Shown here one piece after another: positions 24,672 to 32,000 of a stretch of 32,000 nucleotides of DNA. The notes under the pieces were generated by a model that was not told the origin of the DNA, searched no databases, and was given only the letters and a program-made list of their open reading frames with translations. The DNA is from Paracoccus suum (GTDB lineage: Bacteria; Pseudomonadota; Alphaproteobacteria; Rhodobacterales; Rhodobacteraceae), in the NCBI RefSeq assembly GCF_003324675.1, contig NZ_CP030918.1:2130001-2162000 (forward strand), given 5' to 3'. A program made the position numbers and the translations under genes. The stretch's first letter is position 1, and each line of letters opens with the position of its first letter.

Positions 24672-26728
24672 TGCCTCAGGTAGTAGGCACTTGGATCATC
24701 AACGCGGCCGTGGCGTCTGGGGCGCTGGCTAGCGCGACTGGCATTGGAGCGGCCCTCATTTCAGCGGGGGCGGCGCTCGCGTTCAATGCCGCCATCGCGA
24801 AGATATTCGCGCCCAAGGGGCCCAAGCCGAAGGACCTGCAGAACGAGTTGCGCCAGTCCGACGCGCCGCGGGTCCGCTACTTGGGGACAAACCGGGCGAG
24901 CGGTGCCGTGCTGTTCTGGGACTGGCGGTCGGTCGGCTCGAAGCGGGTGCTGTTCAAGCTGATCGCGATTGCACAGGGGGGCATGACGGATGTGCGCCGC
25001 TGGTGGCTGAACGACGTCGAGGTGACCGTCGTCAGCGAGGGCGTGACTGGCGGGATTGGGGATCGGGTGCCGGACTACGGCGGCAACGTCAACCTGCGTT
25101 GGCGCAGCGGCAAGGGCTCGTTCATTGACGGTGGCCAGTATCCGTCGCTGCTCAGCGCGGTGACCGAGTGGACGGCTGCCCACAAGGCGACGCGGGTCGG
25201 CACGATCCTCGCCGAGTTCAAGAGCGTGTCCTCAGAGGATGCGATCGAGGTGTACCCCGGCGGCGAGCCAAAGGTGCTGGTGGAGTTCGACGGCGACATC
25301 GCCAATGCGCCGGGGCGCACCCCCACCCACACTCTAAACTTGGCTTGGCAGCTCTACGACATCATCACGCATGCTGACCATGGTTGGCTGGCACCTTCCG
25401 AGATGGACGATGCCTCATGGGCACTCGCGGTCTCCGACAGTTTCCAGACCGTCCCGTCCGCCGGCGGAACGACCCGCGCACGCTACCTCGGGGGCGGGGG
25501 ATACCAACTGGCCGAGCCGCTCAAGGACGTCGCGCAGCGCTGGCTGGATGGTATGGACGGCCATTTGTTCCTGACCACGGATGGCAAGCTGGGCATGCGC
25601 GTCGGGAAGTGGCGCCCGCCGACCTACACGATCACCGAGGACAAGATTGTCTCCTGGGATGGCGGGTCGGGCCGCGATGGCCTCGACGTGGTGGCGACGC
25701 TGGTGCCCAAGTTCACCAGCCCGGAGAATATGTACCAGGAAACCTCGGCCGACCCATGGGAGGACCCGGTTGCATTGGCCCGCTATGGCGAGGTGGCGCC
25801 CAAGGAGATCGACCTCCCCGTTGTCCAGCATCACGGCCAGGCGCGGCGGATCGCCAAGCGGCGCGCGGCGGCGATGAACCCGAAGTGGCGGTTCACCATC
25901 AACCTGCGCTTCTGGGGACTGCTGCTCTACGAAGAGGAAAACGTCTATCTGCACATGCCGCGGATCGGCATCAACAACCAGCCGTTCGCGATCCGGCGCT
26001 GGCAGTGCGACATGAACGGTGGCGATCAGGTCGTCACTGTGACGCTCGAGCACGTCCGGCCTGAGGCGGATGATTGGACGGCTGCTGAGGAAGGCACCGC
26101 ACCAGTGGCCGCGAAGGCAACGCCGGGCCCGAAAGTGGTGCCAACCATAAGCATCATCTCGACAACCGTCGTGACCGGGCTCGGCTCGCCCTACGTCCGG
26201 ACCACATTTACCCAGCCCGCAGGGGAATCGGTCATCGGCCAGTATCGCCGCGCAGGCTCGGTCGATCCTTGGACGGAGATGATACGCGAAGGGACGGCGG
26301 GCGGCGTCATGCGCACGCAGGCCCTGTTCGATCGAGAGCCGATCGACATGCGGTTCGGCGTCCGCCGGGCATCCTGGGGGACTGCCATTGTGGGCACATG
26401 GACCGAGGTGAACAACATCGAGGTCGTGGCGAACGGCACGCCGCCCGCTCCGCCGACGGTGGTCAGCTGGTCCGGCGGCATCGGGACGGCGGTCTCGGTC
26501 ACGTTCCGGCCCGATCTGGGGGCCAACTACAGCCGCACGAGCCTCTATCGCGGCGAGCCAGATAGCGCTTTCGCTTCGGCCGCTCAGATCGCGACTACCT
26601 ACGCCACTGGCGCCGAGGTGACTATTGGCGGCGGCACCGTCCCGACCGGCGGGGCAAAATATTGGTTGCGGTCCGAGAACGCCAGCAACGTGGCATCGGC
26701 CGAAGTGCTGGTCGCCAATATCTCCTGA
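24671..26728 (+). CDS. Tail tip / host specificity protein (lambda J / GTA g15-like)
   Basis: 685 aa. The N-terminal stretch is hydrophobic and Gly/Ala-rich, followed by a central J-like block (RVRYLGTNRASGAVLFWDW...LFKLIAIAQG). Follows the peptidase gene, as in GTA-type tails. Confidence 0.7.
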   Translation: MPQVVGTWIINAAVASGALASATGIGAALISAGAALAFNAAIAKIFAPKGPKPKDLQNELRQSDAPRVRYLGTNRASGAVLFWDWRSVGSKRVLFKLIAIAQGGMTDVRRWWLNDVEVTVVSEGVTGGIGDRVPDYGGNVNLRWRSGKGSFIDGGQYPSLLSAVTEWTAAHKATRVGTILAEFKSVSSEDAIEVYPGGEPKVLVEFDGDIANAPGRTPTHTLNLAWQLYDIITHADHGWLAPSEMDDASWALAVSDSFQTVPSAGGTTRARYLGGGGYQLAEPLKDVAQRWLDGMDGHLFLTTDGKLGMRVGKWRPPTYTITEDKIVSWDGGSGRDGLDVVATLVPKFTSPENMYQETSADPWEDPVALARYGEVAPKEIDLPVVQHHGQARRIAKRRAAAMNPKWRFTINLRFWGLLLYEEENVYLHMPRIGINNQPFAIRRWQCDMNGGDQVVTVTLEHVRPEADDWTAAEEGTAPVAAKATPGPKVVPTISIISTTVVTGLGSPYVRTTFTQPAGESVIGQYRRAGSVDPWTEMIREGTAGGVMRTQALFDREPIDMRFGVRRASWGTAIVGTWTEVNNIEVVANGTPPAPPTVVSWSGGIGTAVSVTFRPDLGANYSRTSLYRGEPDSAFASAAQIATTYATGAEVTIGGGTVPTGGAKYWLRSENASNVASAEVLVANIS

Positions 26729-26742
26729 TCACGAGGGAAACC

Positions 26743-29112
26743 ATGGCATTTACCTACACCCCCCCTCTGCCCAAGGGGCTGGGGGCAAGCCCCGTTCAGA
26801 AGGGTGATCAGCGCGCTTGGTTCGACCAGATCCGAGCGGCGTTTGATGCGGGCGAGTTCAGCAGCGGTAAAATCTTCGGTTCCCGGCAGTCCGCCATCGA
26901 TCTGGGCCAGGACAAGCTAGCGAGCAACCTCAGGCACATTTTTGTGCTGGAGGACGGCTGGATGACGCTGCGCAGCGCGGGTTCGTCCAGCGCTGACCCC
27001 CTTTTCGGAACATTCCCCAATTGGGGTGTGGTCGACCGTTGGCCCGCGGCAAATGCGCTGTCGACGATCTTGCGCAACGTCGGCATGGTCAATTTGGTGA
27101 ATGTCACCGGGATGGTAGTCGGTACGTCTGCGTCTATCAAAGGCGACTTCCCGGCGGACGTTGCTCAGCTGACGGGCGATGGCATCACGGCCAACATGCA
27201 GATTGGTTTTGTCAGCCCGGTCACCACCACTACCGGCGACGTTACCCTGACGATCGGCTCTGATGCACGAAACCTCCGCCAGGAAAACGGCGACTATTTC
27301 AACGAGAACGTGGGCCTGAAGGCGTACCTTTTCTACGCATTCCGGCGGGCCAGCGATGGCTGGCGCATGATCTATGGCGGGGTTACCGCAAAGGAGGTCA
27401 TCGACCGTGTCGCTGCGGGGGTCTCGGCTGAGGCAACAGCACGAGTGGCATCTGTTGTCGCTGAGGCTGAGGAGCGCCGGAAGATCATCCCTGCGCTTGC
27501 CACGCGAATCACGCGACTTTCCGGGCAGCGGGGAAACCGGATCATCGCCTCAGATGCCTCGGGCAAACCAGTCGTCGCGGCGACACCCACAGGCGAACTG
27601 GAAGCCTTCCTGTCCGAATTCACACGCACTCTGCGCAGCAAAAGGCGGCGCGGATCGCTCACGGATTTCCTCACCGACGGTGCCGGACTGCCGGTCATGT
27701 CTGTGACCGCCAGCGGGGATCCGGTTTTCCGTCTTCTGCCGGATGTCCTCGGGGCGCGGTTCAATCAATCCCGCCGCCGGCGCGGAACGGCCACCGTGAT
27801 CGCCTACCGCGCTGAGGACGAGAAGCCTTTGCTCTGGATCGACACCAAGTTCAGGACAGCTTGGGATGGCGAGACAACTCCGGGAACCCCGCCCGCTAAT
27901 ACCCCGGCGAGCGGGCATACAGGGACCAATGGAACCTGGCCGGATGTTGATGCATGGGATCTGGCGGTGAGTGGTAGCGTGACGCGCTACTCTTCGCCGC
28001 AGCTGCGCGGGGAAACGCGCCGCTACGCAGTCACACCTGCGACGAAAATCAGCATCGCCGAGAGCGATGGCACCGTCATGGGTATCCTCGGGGTCGGGCA
28101 GCCTTGGGCGGCCGAGAGTTCCGGCGATAACCCGTGGCCTTGGCATGTTCTTGGCCTCTCGGGTAGCGACATCGCCCCTGTATCGACCCTAGCGCTTCCT
28201 CAGACCGTTGCTGCTGCAGCCCTCGAGAAGGCGTGGAGGGCGCGAGCGCGGATGCCTGCCTATGTCGCTGATGCCTTGTCCATGACGGCATCCGTGTCGA
28301 CGTGGCAGGGCCCTACGGTCACCAACTGGCTCACCGCATTCAAGAACGCGGTTGCGAAATATGGCGAGGCGGCCGCGCTTCGTTATGCCGTCCTGACCTT
28401 CGGTGCGAGCGACAAGACCGGGGTGCCTGGTTCGCTGGCGCAGTCCATGTCCGCCTTTGTCAAATGGCTCGGGGAGCAGGCCGCATCGATCACCGGCCAA
28501 ACGGCTGCAATGTATGCGCTCTATACGCAGTTCAGCGGCACCCGCACCGACGGTGCATACCAGGGAACCCTAGCGGCGGCTGAGGCTTGGCGCCTCGATC
28601 CTACCGTCGAGATGTGGCCCGTCACGCCGCTCTATCCGTATGCGCTCGCGGCTGGCTCGCCCCATGCCCCCGGAGCCGCTGGCCTGAAGGCCATCGCGGG
28701 CCATATGGTTCTGGCGGCGGAGGCGACGGCCAAGCTCGGGCAGTATTACGCCCCGACCCCGACCCTGGCGCGCCTCGAGGCCGACGGCCGCGTCCGAGTG
28801 GACTTCGACGCAATGTCGAAGCTGCGGAGTGTCAACTACGGTGCGTCTGTTGATGTTGCCGGTTTCGCTGTCGAAGGCGCGACCGTGACGGACGTGACCA
28901 TTGCGGCCAAATCCGCCTTCCTGACCGTATCAGGCACTGTCACCGCGGGCAGCAGCTACGTCACCTACGCCTGGGGGCAGGCCGGCGACAAAGGCGACGG
29001 CTTCACCGCCGCGCGCGGAACTATTTGCGACGGCTATTCGGCCGTCAACCCGCTCGATTCGACGCAGACCCTCACCCGCTACGCCCTGTCCGGGCGGCTT
29101 CAAATCACCTGA
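26743..29112 (+). CDS. Large tail fibre / receptor-binding-like protein (789 aa), function unknown
   Basis: GGGAAACC RBS-like sequence upstream of the ATG at 26743. Uninterrupted 790-codon ORF directly after the host-specificity gene. No confident motif recognised. Confidence 0.6.
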   Translation: MAFTYTPPLPKGLGASPVQKGDQRAWFDQIRAAFDAGEFSSGKIFGSRQSAIDLGQDKLASNLRHIFVLEDGWMTLRSAGSSSADPLFGTFPNWGVVDRWPAANALSTILRNVGMVNLVNVTGMVVGTSASIKGDFPADVAQLTGDGITANMQIGFVSPVTTTTGDVTLTIGSDARNLRQENGDYFNENVGLKAYLFYAFRRASDGWRMIYGGVTAKEVIDRVAAGVSAEATARVASVVAEAEERRKIIPALATRITRLSGQRGNRIIASDASGKPVVAATPTGELEAFLSEFTRTLRSKRRRGSLTDFLTDGAGLPVMSVTASGDPVFRLLPDVLGARFNQSRRRRGTATVIAYRAEDEKPLLWIDTKFRTAWDGETTPGTPPANTPASGHTGTNGTWPDVDAWDLAVSGSVTRYSSPQLRGETRRYAVTPATKISIAESDGTVMGILGVGQPWAAESSGDNPWPWHVLGLSGSDIAPVSTLALPQTVAAAALEKAWRARARMPAYVADALSMTASVSTWQGPTVTNWLTAFKNAVAKYGEAAALRYAVLTFGASDKTGVPGSLAQSMSAFVKWLGEQAASITGQTAAMYALYTQFSGTRTDGAYQGTLAAAEAWRLDPTVEMWPVTPLYPYALAAGSPHAPGAAGLKAIAGHMVLAAEATAKLGQYYAPTPTLARLEADGRVRVDFDAMSKLRSVNYGASVDVAGFAVEGATVTDVTIAAKSAFLTVSGTVTAGSSYVTYAWGQAGDKGDGFTAARGTICDGYSAVNPLDSTQTLTRYALSGRLQIT

Positions 29113-29123
29113 AAGGATTAGTC

Positions 29124-29912
29124 ATGGCCACAACGGGCATTCCTCTGAAGGGCGTTACCGTGCCTCCAGGCGTTACCCTACCGATCACTGATTGGGTGCA
29201 GGAGATCGCAAAGATCCCCGACCTGCTAGGTCTTTGGGTTGCCGATGAAGACTACCTCATCCGCAACTCTTCAGGGGGCGTCACCAGCATCCTGCCCGAG
29301 GCGGGGAACACCGCAGTCACCGCGATGGGCACCTCTCTGGCCACGACCTCGCAGTCGACCGCCCTCGGGGATCAGGTGTTCTCGTTCCCGGCCGCATACG
29401 CAGCCTATGGCCGCGTCCCTCTCAAGAGCGCGAGCAAATTCACGATCCTTCAGGTGTGGCGAGTGGAGGCTACGGACACTGTGGACGATCACCTTTTCAC
29501 GGTGACTGGCTCGACGACCGGAGGGGAAAGCTTTGTTCGATTGACTGCGAACGGCGGGCACTTCTGGACAGTCCCGGGCGGCATTTCCGCCGGTCTCGGG
29601 ACGTCAAAGCTTGATATGGCCAAGTGGCATTGCACCCTTCACCGCGCCGACGGAACGGGCTTGAGCACGTTCGACAACGGGGTCAAGGCGAAAGACATCG
29701 CTCCTACGACAACCCCCACAGCAGAGACCGGCCTTGTATCTCTCTGGGCACGGGACGACGCCCCCGCCGCCGGCGGAGCCATCATCCGCGGCTTTGTCGG
29801 ATACTCGCCTCTCTTCGCGGTTTGGGACAGGGCGATAACAGATGCCGAGGCGGCCGCGGCATGGACTGCCGTCCAAAGGATGCACCCGAACTCCGCTGTC
29901 GGGGTCTGGTAA
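29124..29912 (+). CDS. Putative LamG/concanavalin-like domain fibre accessory protein (262 aa)
   Basis: Start is at the ATG at 29124. The beta-rich sequence (...FTILQVWRVEATDTVDDHLFTV...FVRLTANGGHFW...LFAVWDRAITDAEA) resembles Laminin_G_3 lectin folds ending in the typical 'rAlt.aEi' tail. Confidence 0.45.
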   Translation: MATTGIPLKGVTVPPGVTLPITDWVQEIAKIPDLLGLWVADEDYLIRNSSGGVTSILPEAGNTAVTAMGTSLATTSQSTALGDQVFSFPAAYAAYGRVPLKSASKFTILQVWRVEATDTVDDHLFTVTGSTTGGESFVRLTANGGHFWTVPGGISAGLGTSKLDMAKWHCTLHRADGTGLSTFDNGVKAKDIAPTTTPTAETGLVSLWARDDAPAAGGAIIRGFVGYSPLFAVWDRAITDAEAAAAWTAVQRMHPNSAVGVW

Positions 29913-32000
29913 TGCGCCACGTTTTCTCGATCGCGATCGATGACATGGTGAACTACCCGAAATTCGGGACCATGTATGGCGTCGCGCCGATCACACCGGA
30001 GCTCGATGCGTTCACGGCAACGAGCACGCATTTCCCAAATGCCGTTTGCGCGGTGCCCGTGTGCGGGCAGTCCCGCTGGTCGAAGGTTACCGGCTTCACG
30101 CCGGCGGAGAGCGGCATAAACTATAACCAGCCGGGCGTTATTCTGCGGTCACGCGCGACCGACACATACACGTATCTCTGCCGGAAGGCTGGCTTCCAGG
30201 TTGTCTCGGTCGGGAAGTACACCGACGGCCGCCACCAGGCGGCAAACTACAACACGATCGCCTGCGACTATGTCCAAGGCCAGATCAACGACGACCTCGC
30301 GGACGGTATTAGCGTCGATTACGGCGGCATCAACGGCACGGTCAGTCTGAACGACCCGACCGACTATGGCGACCTGAAGGTCGTCCTATGGTGGGAAGAT
30401 TTCCTGCGCAACTACAGCGGCACGCGCCCTCTCATGGGCTGCATGGGGTTGTTCAGGCCGCATGATGATTACGTCGTCCCGGAGTCCTACTACAATCTCT
30501 ACAGCCTCTCGGACTTCACGATCCCTGCCGATCTCACCTCCACCGACTTGTGGTCTTTGCCGCAGGACATCCTGCAATACGAGCTCGGCCGCGCTGCGGC
30601 GCCCGGCGGGGTGATTGATCCTGTCACCCAGGCGGACAAGCTCAAGCGAACCGTTTGGGGTTACTTCGCGGCGCTCAGCTTCACGAGCAACAACTTCGGG
30701 CGTCTCGTCCAGGCGATCGAGGATATGTGCGCGCGCCGCGGCGATGAGTATGTCATTGAGGTCTGGTCCGATCACGGGTTCCACCTCGGGTCGCACTTCC
30801 ATTGGCACAAGCTGACGACGCTCTCGGAGGCGGCAAACCCGCCGGTCTGGTATCGAGCGCCAGGGCAGACCGTAGCGCGCACCGTGCAGCAACCGGTCGG
30901 TTGGTACGACATGTTCCAGACAGTGCTGGACTATGCTGGGGTGCCATCCCCCGCGCGTTCTGTCGGCAAGTCGCTGCGGCCGCTGATCGAGGGGGCCAGT
31001 GCCATCGGCGAATGCTACTCCATCACCGAGGTATTCGGCGGCATGTCGGCGCTTCTCGAAAGCGCGGACGACGGGACATATCAGGCCGGTGGAACACGCT
31101 ACCGCGTTGGGGAGTACCTGTCCGGCGAAACGGTGGTTTTCAACGACAGCACAGACTGGCGCAATATCAAGAACATAGCCGGCCAGAACCCGACCCGCAC
31201 GGCGAACCTGCTGAGCCGGCTCCGCGCGATGGCCGAACAAGGGGGGATGCGCTACGCCAACACACCCGCCGGTGCTGCCCGCCGTCGCGCGACCATGCTG
31301 GTCGGTAACGCTGCGCAGCAGCAGCTCAAGGGAAGCGGCGGCGACGACATCGTTTTCTCCCATGACCTGCTCGGCCCCGGCAGCAACCTCGGGGAGGGAT
31401 GGGATATTCTATGGTGGCTTCCGACCGACGGGGTGGAATTTGTCCTGCCTGAAGGCATCGAGGGCGTCACTCGCGCCTCGGAGAATTTTTGGAAGTCAGG
31501 CAGCAGCACCGAGGCTCTGGCGCGCCTGGTCGCCAATTCGGAAGATAACAGCCTGATCATGGGCTGGGGAGCGAGCGCCACTGTGAGCGCCGGCGCGGGG
31601 GATGACTACGTCGAGAATGCCACCAACGTCGACGGCGGCTTCGGCAACGATCACATCGTCACGCAATGGAAGAACGACACTGTGAGCGGTGGCGAGGGAA
31701 ACGACACAATCGACACGTCAGGTGGGCACGATGCGATTTCCGGCGACGGCGGAGACGACGTCGTTTTTGCCGGGGACGGAAATGATACCATTCGCGGCGG
31801 CGCGGGAAATGACAGCCTGCGGGGAGATGCCGGCAACGACAGCATCAGCGGTGGCCCGGGAAATGACACTCTGCTCGGCGGCGCAGGAATGGATACCCTC
31901 GTTGCGGATGGTGGAGCAGATTTGCTGACCGGAGGCACCGAAAACGACACCTTCGTGATCCTGCGAAACGAACAGCAATCCACCATTACAGACTTTGCCG
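29912..32000 (+). CDS. Sulfatase-family (alkaline-phosphatase superfamily) domain fused to C-terminal RTX calcium-binding repeats; 3' end outside the window
   Basis: Not in the supplied ORF track, because no stop falls within the window. Manual translation from ATG 29912 (TAATG overlap with the upstream stop) gives 696 sense codons with no stop up to 31999. Motifs: SIAIDDM, FPNAVCAVPVCGQSRWSKVTG (sulfatase active-site block), WSDHGFHLGSH, GKSLRPLIEG, then 10 or more GGxGxD nonapeptides. Confidence 0.8.
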   Translation, partial: MRHVFSIAIDDMVNYPKFGTMYGVAPITPELDAFTATSTHFPNAVCAVPVCGQSRWSKVTGFTPAESGINYNQPGVILRSRATDTYTYLCRKAGFQVVSVGKYTDGRHQAANYNTIACDYVQGQINDDLADGISVDYGGINGTVSLNDPTDYGDLKVVLWWEDFLRNYSGTRPLMGCMGLFRPHDDYVVPESYYNLYSLSDFTIPADLTSTDLWSLPQDILQYELGRAAAPGGVIDPVTQADKLKRTVWGYFAALSFTSNNFGRLVQAIEDMCARRGDEYVIEVWSDHGFHLGSHFHWHKLTTLSEAANPPVWYRAPGQTVARTVQQPVGWYDMFQTVLDYAGVPSPARSVGKSLRPLIEGASAIGECYSITEVFGGMSALLESADDGTYQAGGTRYRVGEYLSGETVVFNDSTDWRNIKNIAGQNPTRTANLLSRLRAMAEQGGMRYANTPAGAARRRATMLVGNAAQQQLKGSGGDDIVFSHDLLGPGSNLGEGWDILWWLPTDGVEFVLPEGIEGVTRASENFWKSGSSTEALARLVANSEDNSLIMGWGASATVSAGAGDDYVENATNVDGGFGNDHIVTQWKNDTVSGGEGNDTIDTSGGHDAISGDGGDDVVFAGDGNDTIRGGAGNDSLRGDAGNDSISGGPGNDTLLGGAGMDTLVADGGADLLTGGTENDTFVILRNEQQSTITDFA
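31586..31957 (+). repeat. Tandem RTX (haemolysin-type Ca-binding) nonapeptide repeats, coding
   Basis: SAGAGDDYV, DGGFGNDHI, SGGEGNDTI, GDGGDDVVF, GDGNDTIRG, GAGNDSLRG, DAGNDSISG, GPGNDTLLG, GAGMDTLVA, DGGADLLTG and GTENDTFVI were all read directly in frame. Confidence 0.85.

Larger units (their letters stand above)
1..32000. mobile_element. Prophage / temperate siphovirus genome segment (HK97-like head, GTA-like tail tip); both ends lie outside the window
   Basis: Contiguous replication, packaging, head, tail and fibre modules in one orientation. Genes are tightly coupled by overlapping stop/start codons. Morons sit in opposite orientation. No housekeeping genes were seen. Confidence 0.85.

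Noticed and set aside
12197-26728. Whether this is a gene transfer agent (GTA) cluster rather than a prophage
   Set aside because: The tail-tip genes are GTA-like. However, the element also carries replication genes, methyltransferases, a terminase-associated HNH gene, terS, a full-length tape measure gene and fibre genes. That fits a complete temperate phage. Integrase and lysis genes would need the flanking sequence.
30386-31363. 325-aa minus-strand ORF, the only long ORF the track lists in this region
   Set aside because: It is antisense to the open-ended + strand sulfatase-RTX ORF, which has strong catalytic motifs. The minus-strand translation has no motifs and a shadow-ORF composition.
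1-32000. CRISPR arrays, tRNA/tmRNA genes, integrase or att sites, and a reverse transcriptase with DGR template/variable repeats near the fibre genes
   Set aside because: Reading by eye found none: no regularly spaced repeats, no T-loop/acceptor signatures in the non-coding gaps, no recombinase or RT motifs (YxDD), and no obvious duplicated fibre segment. A computational repeat search could still find diverged TR/VR pairs.

Overview
High-GC (about 65% by eye) window that reads as one segment of a temperate, HK97/GTA-like siphovirus prophage of alphaproteobacterial type. Almost everything is on the + strand, and more than 20 gene junctions have overlapping stop/start codons (ATGA, TGATG, TAATG); I used these overlaps to refine start sites. 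Left to right: (1) replication and DNA-modification module, 1-5214: N6A methyltransferase 3' end, DUF1064, ParB-like protein, SF2 helicase, C5-methyltransferase-like protein, Toprim primase. (2) A 479-nt hairpin-rich non-coding gap, 5215-5693. (3) Small early/regulatory genes, 5694-6980. (4) An accessory island of mixed orientation and lower GC, about 6981-10026: SRAP peptidase, an 81-aa ORF, and an HNH_2 nuclease with an unassigned N-terminal domain. The terminase-associated HNH gene also sits here. (5) Packaging and head genes: terS, terL, a prohead protease-major capsid fusion, then portal (non-canonical order), and a collagen-like protein. (6) Connector and tail genes, interrupted by an opposite-strand lipoprotein moron (18020-18421). 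(7) Major tail protein, a G/GT-type chaperone pair with an in-frame GGGAAAG -1 slippery site, and a tape measure protein with a muralytic domain. (8) GTA-like tail-tip genes and fibre-like proteins. (9) An open-ended + strand ORF absent from the supplied ORF track (29912 to beyond 32000) encoding a sulfatase-family domain fused to RTX calcium-binding repeats. No tRNA, rRNA, CRISPR array, integrase or reverse transcriptase was seen. All family assignments come from motif recognition by eye and need HMM or structure searches to confirm.
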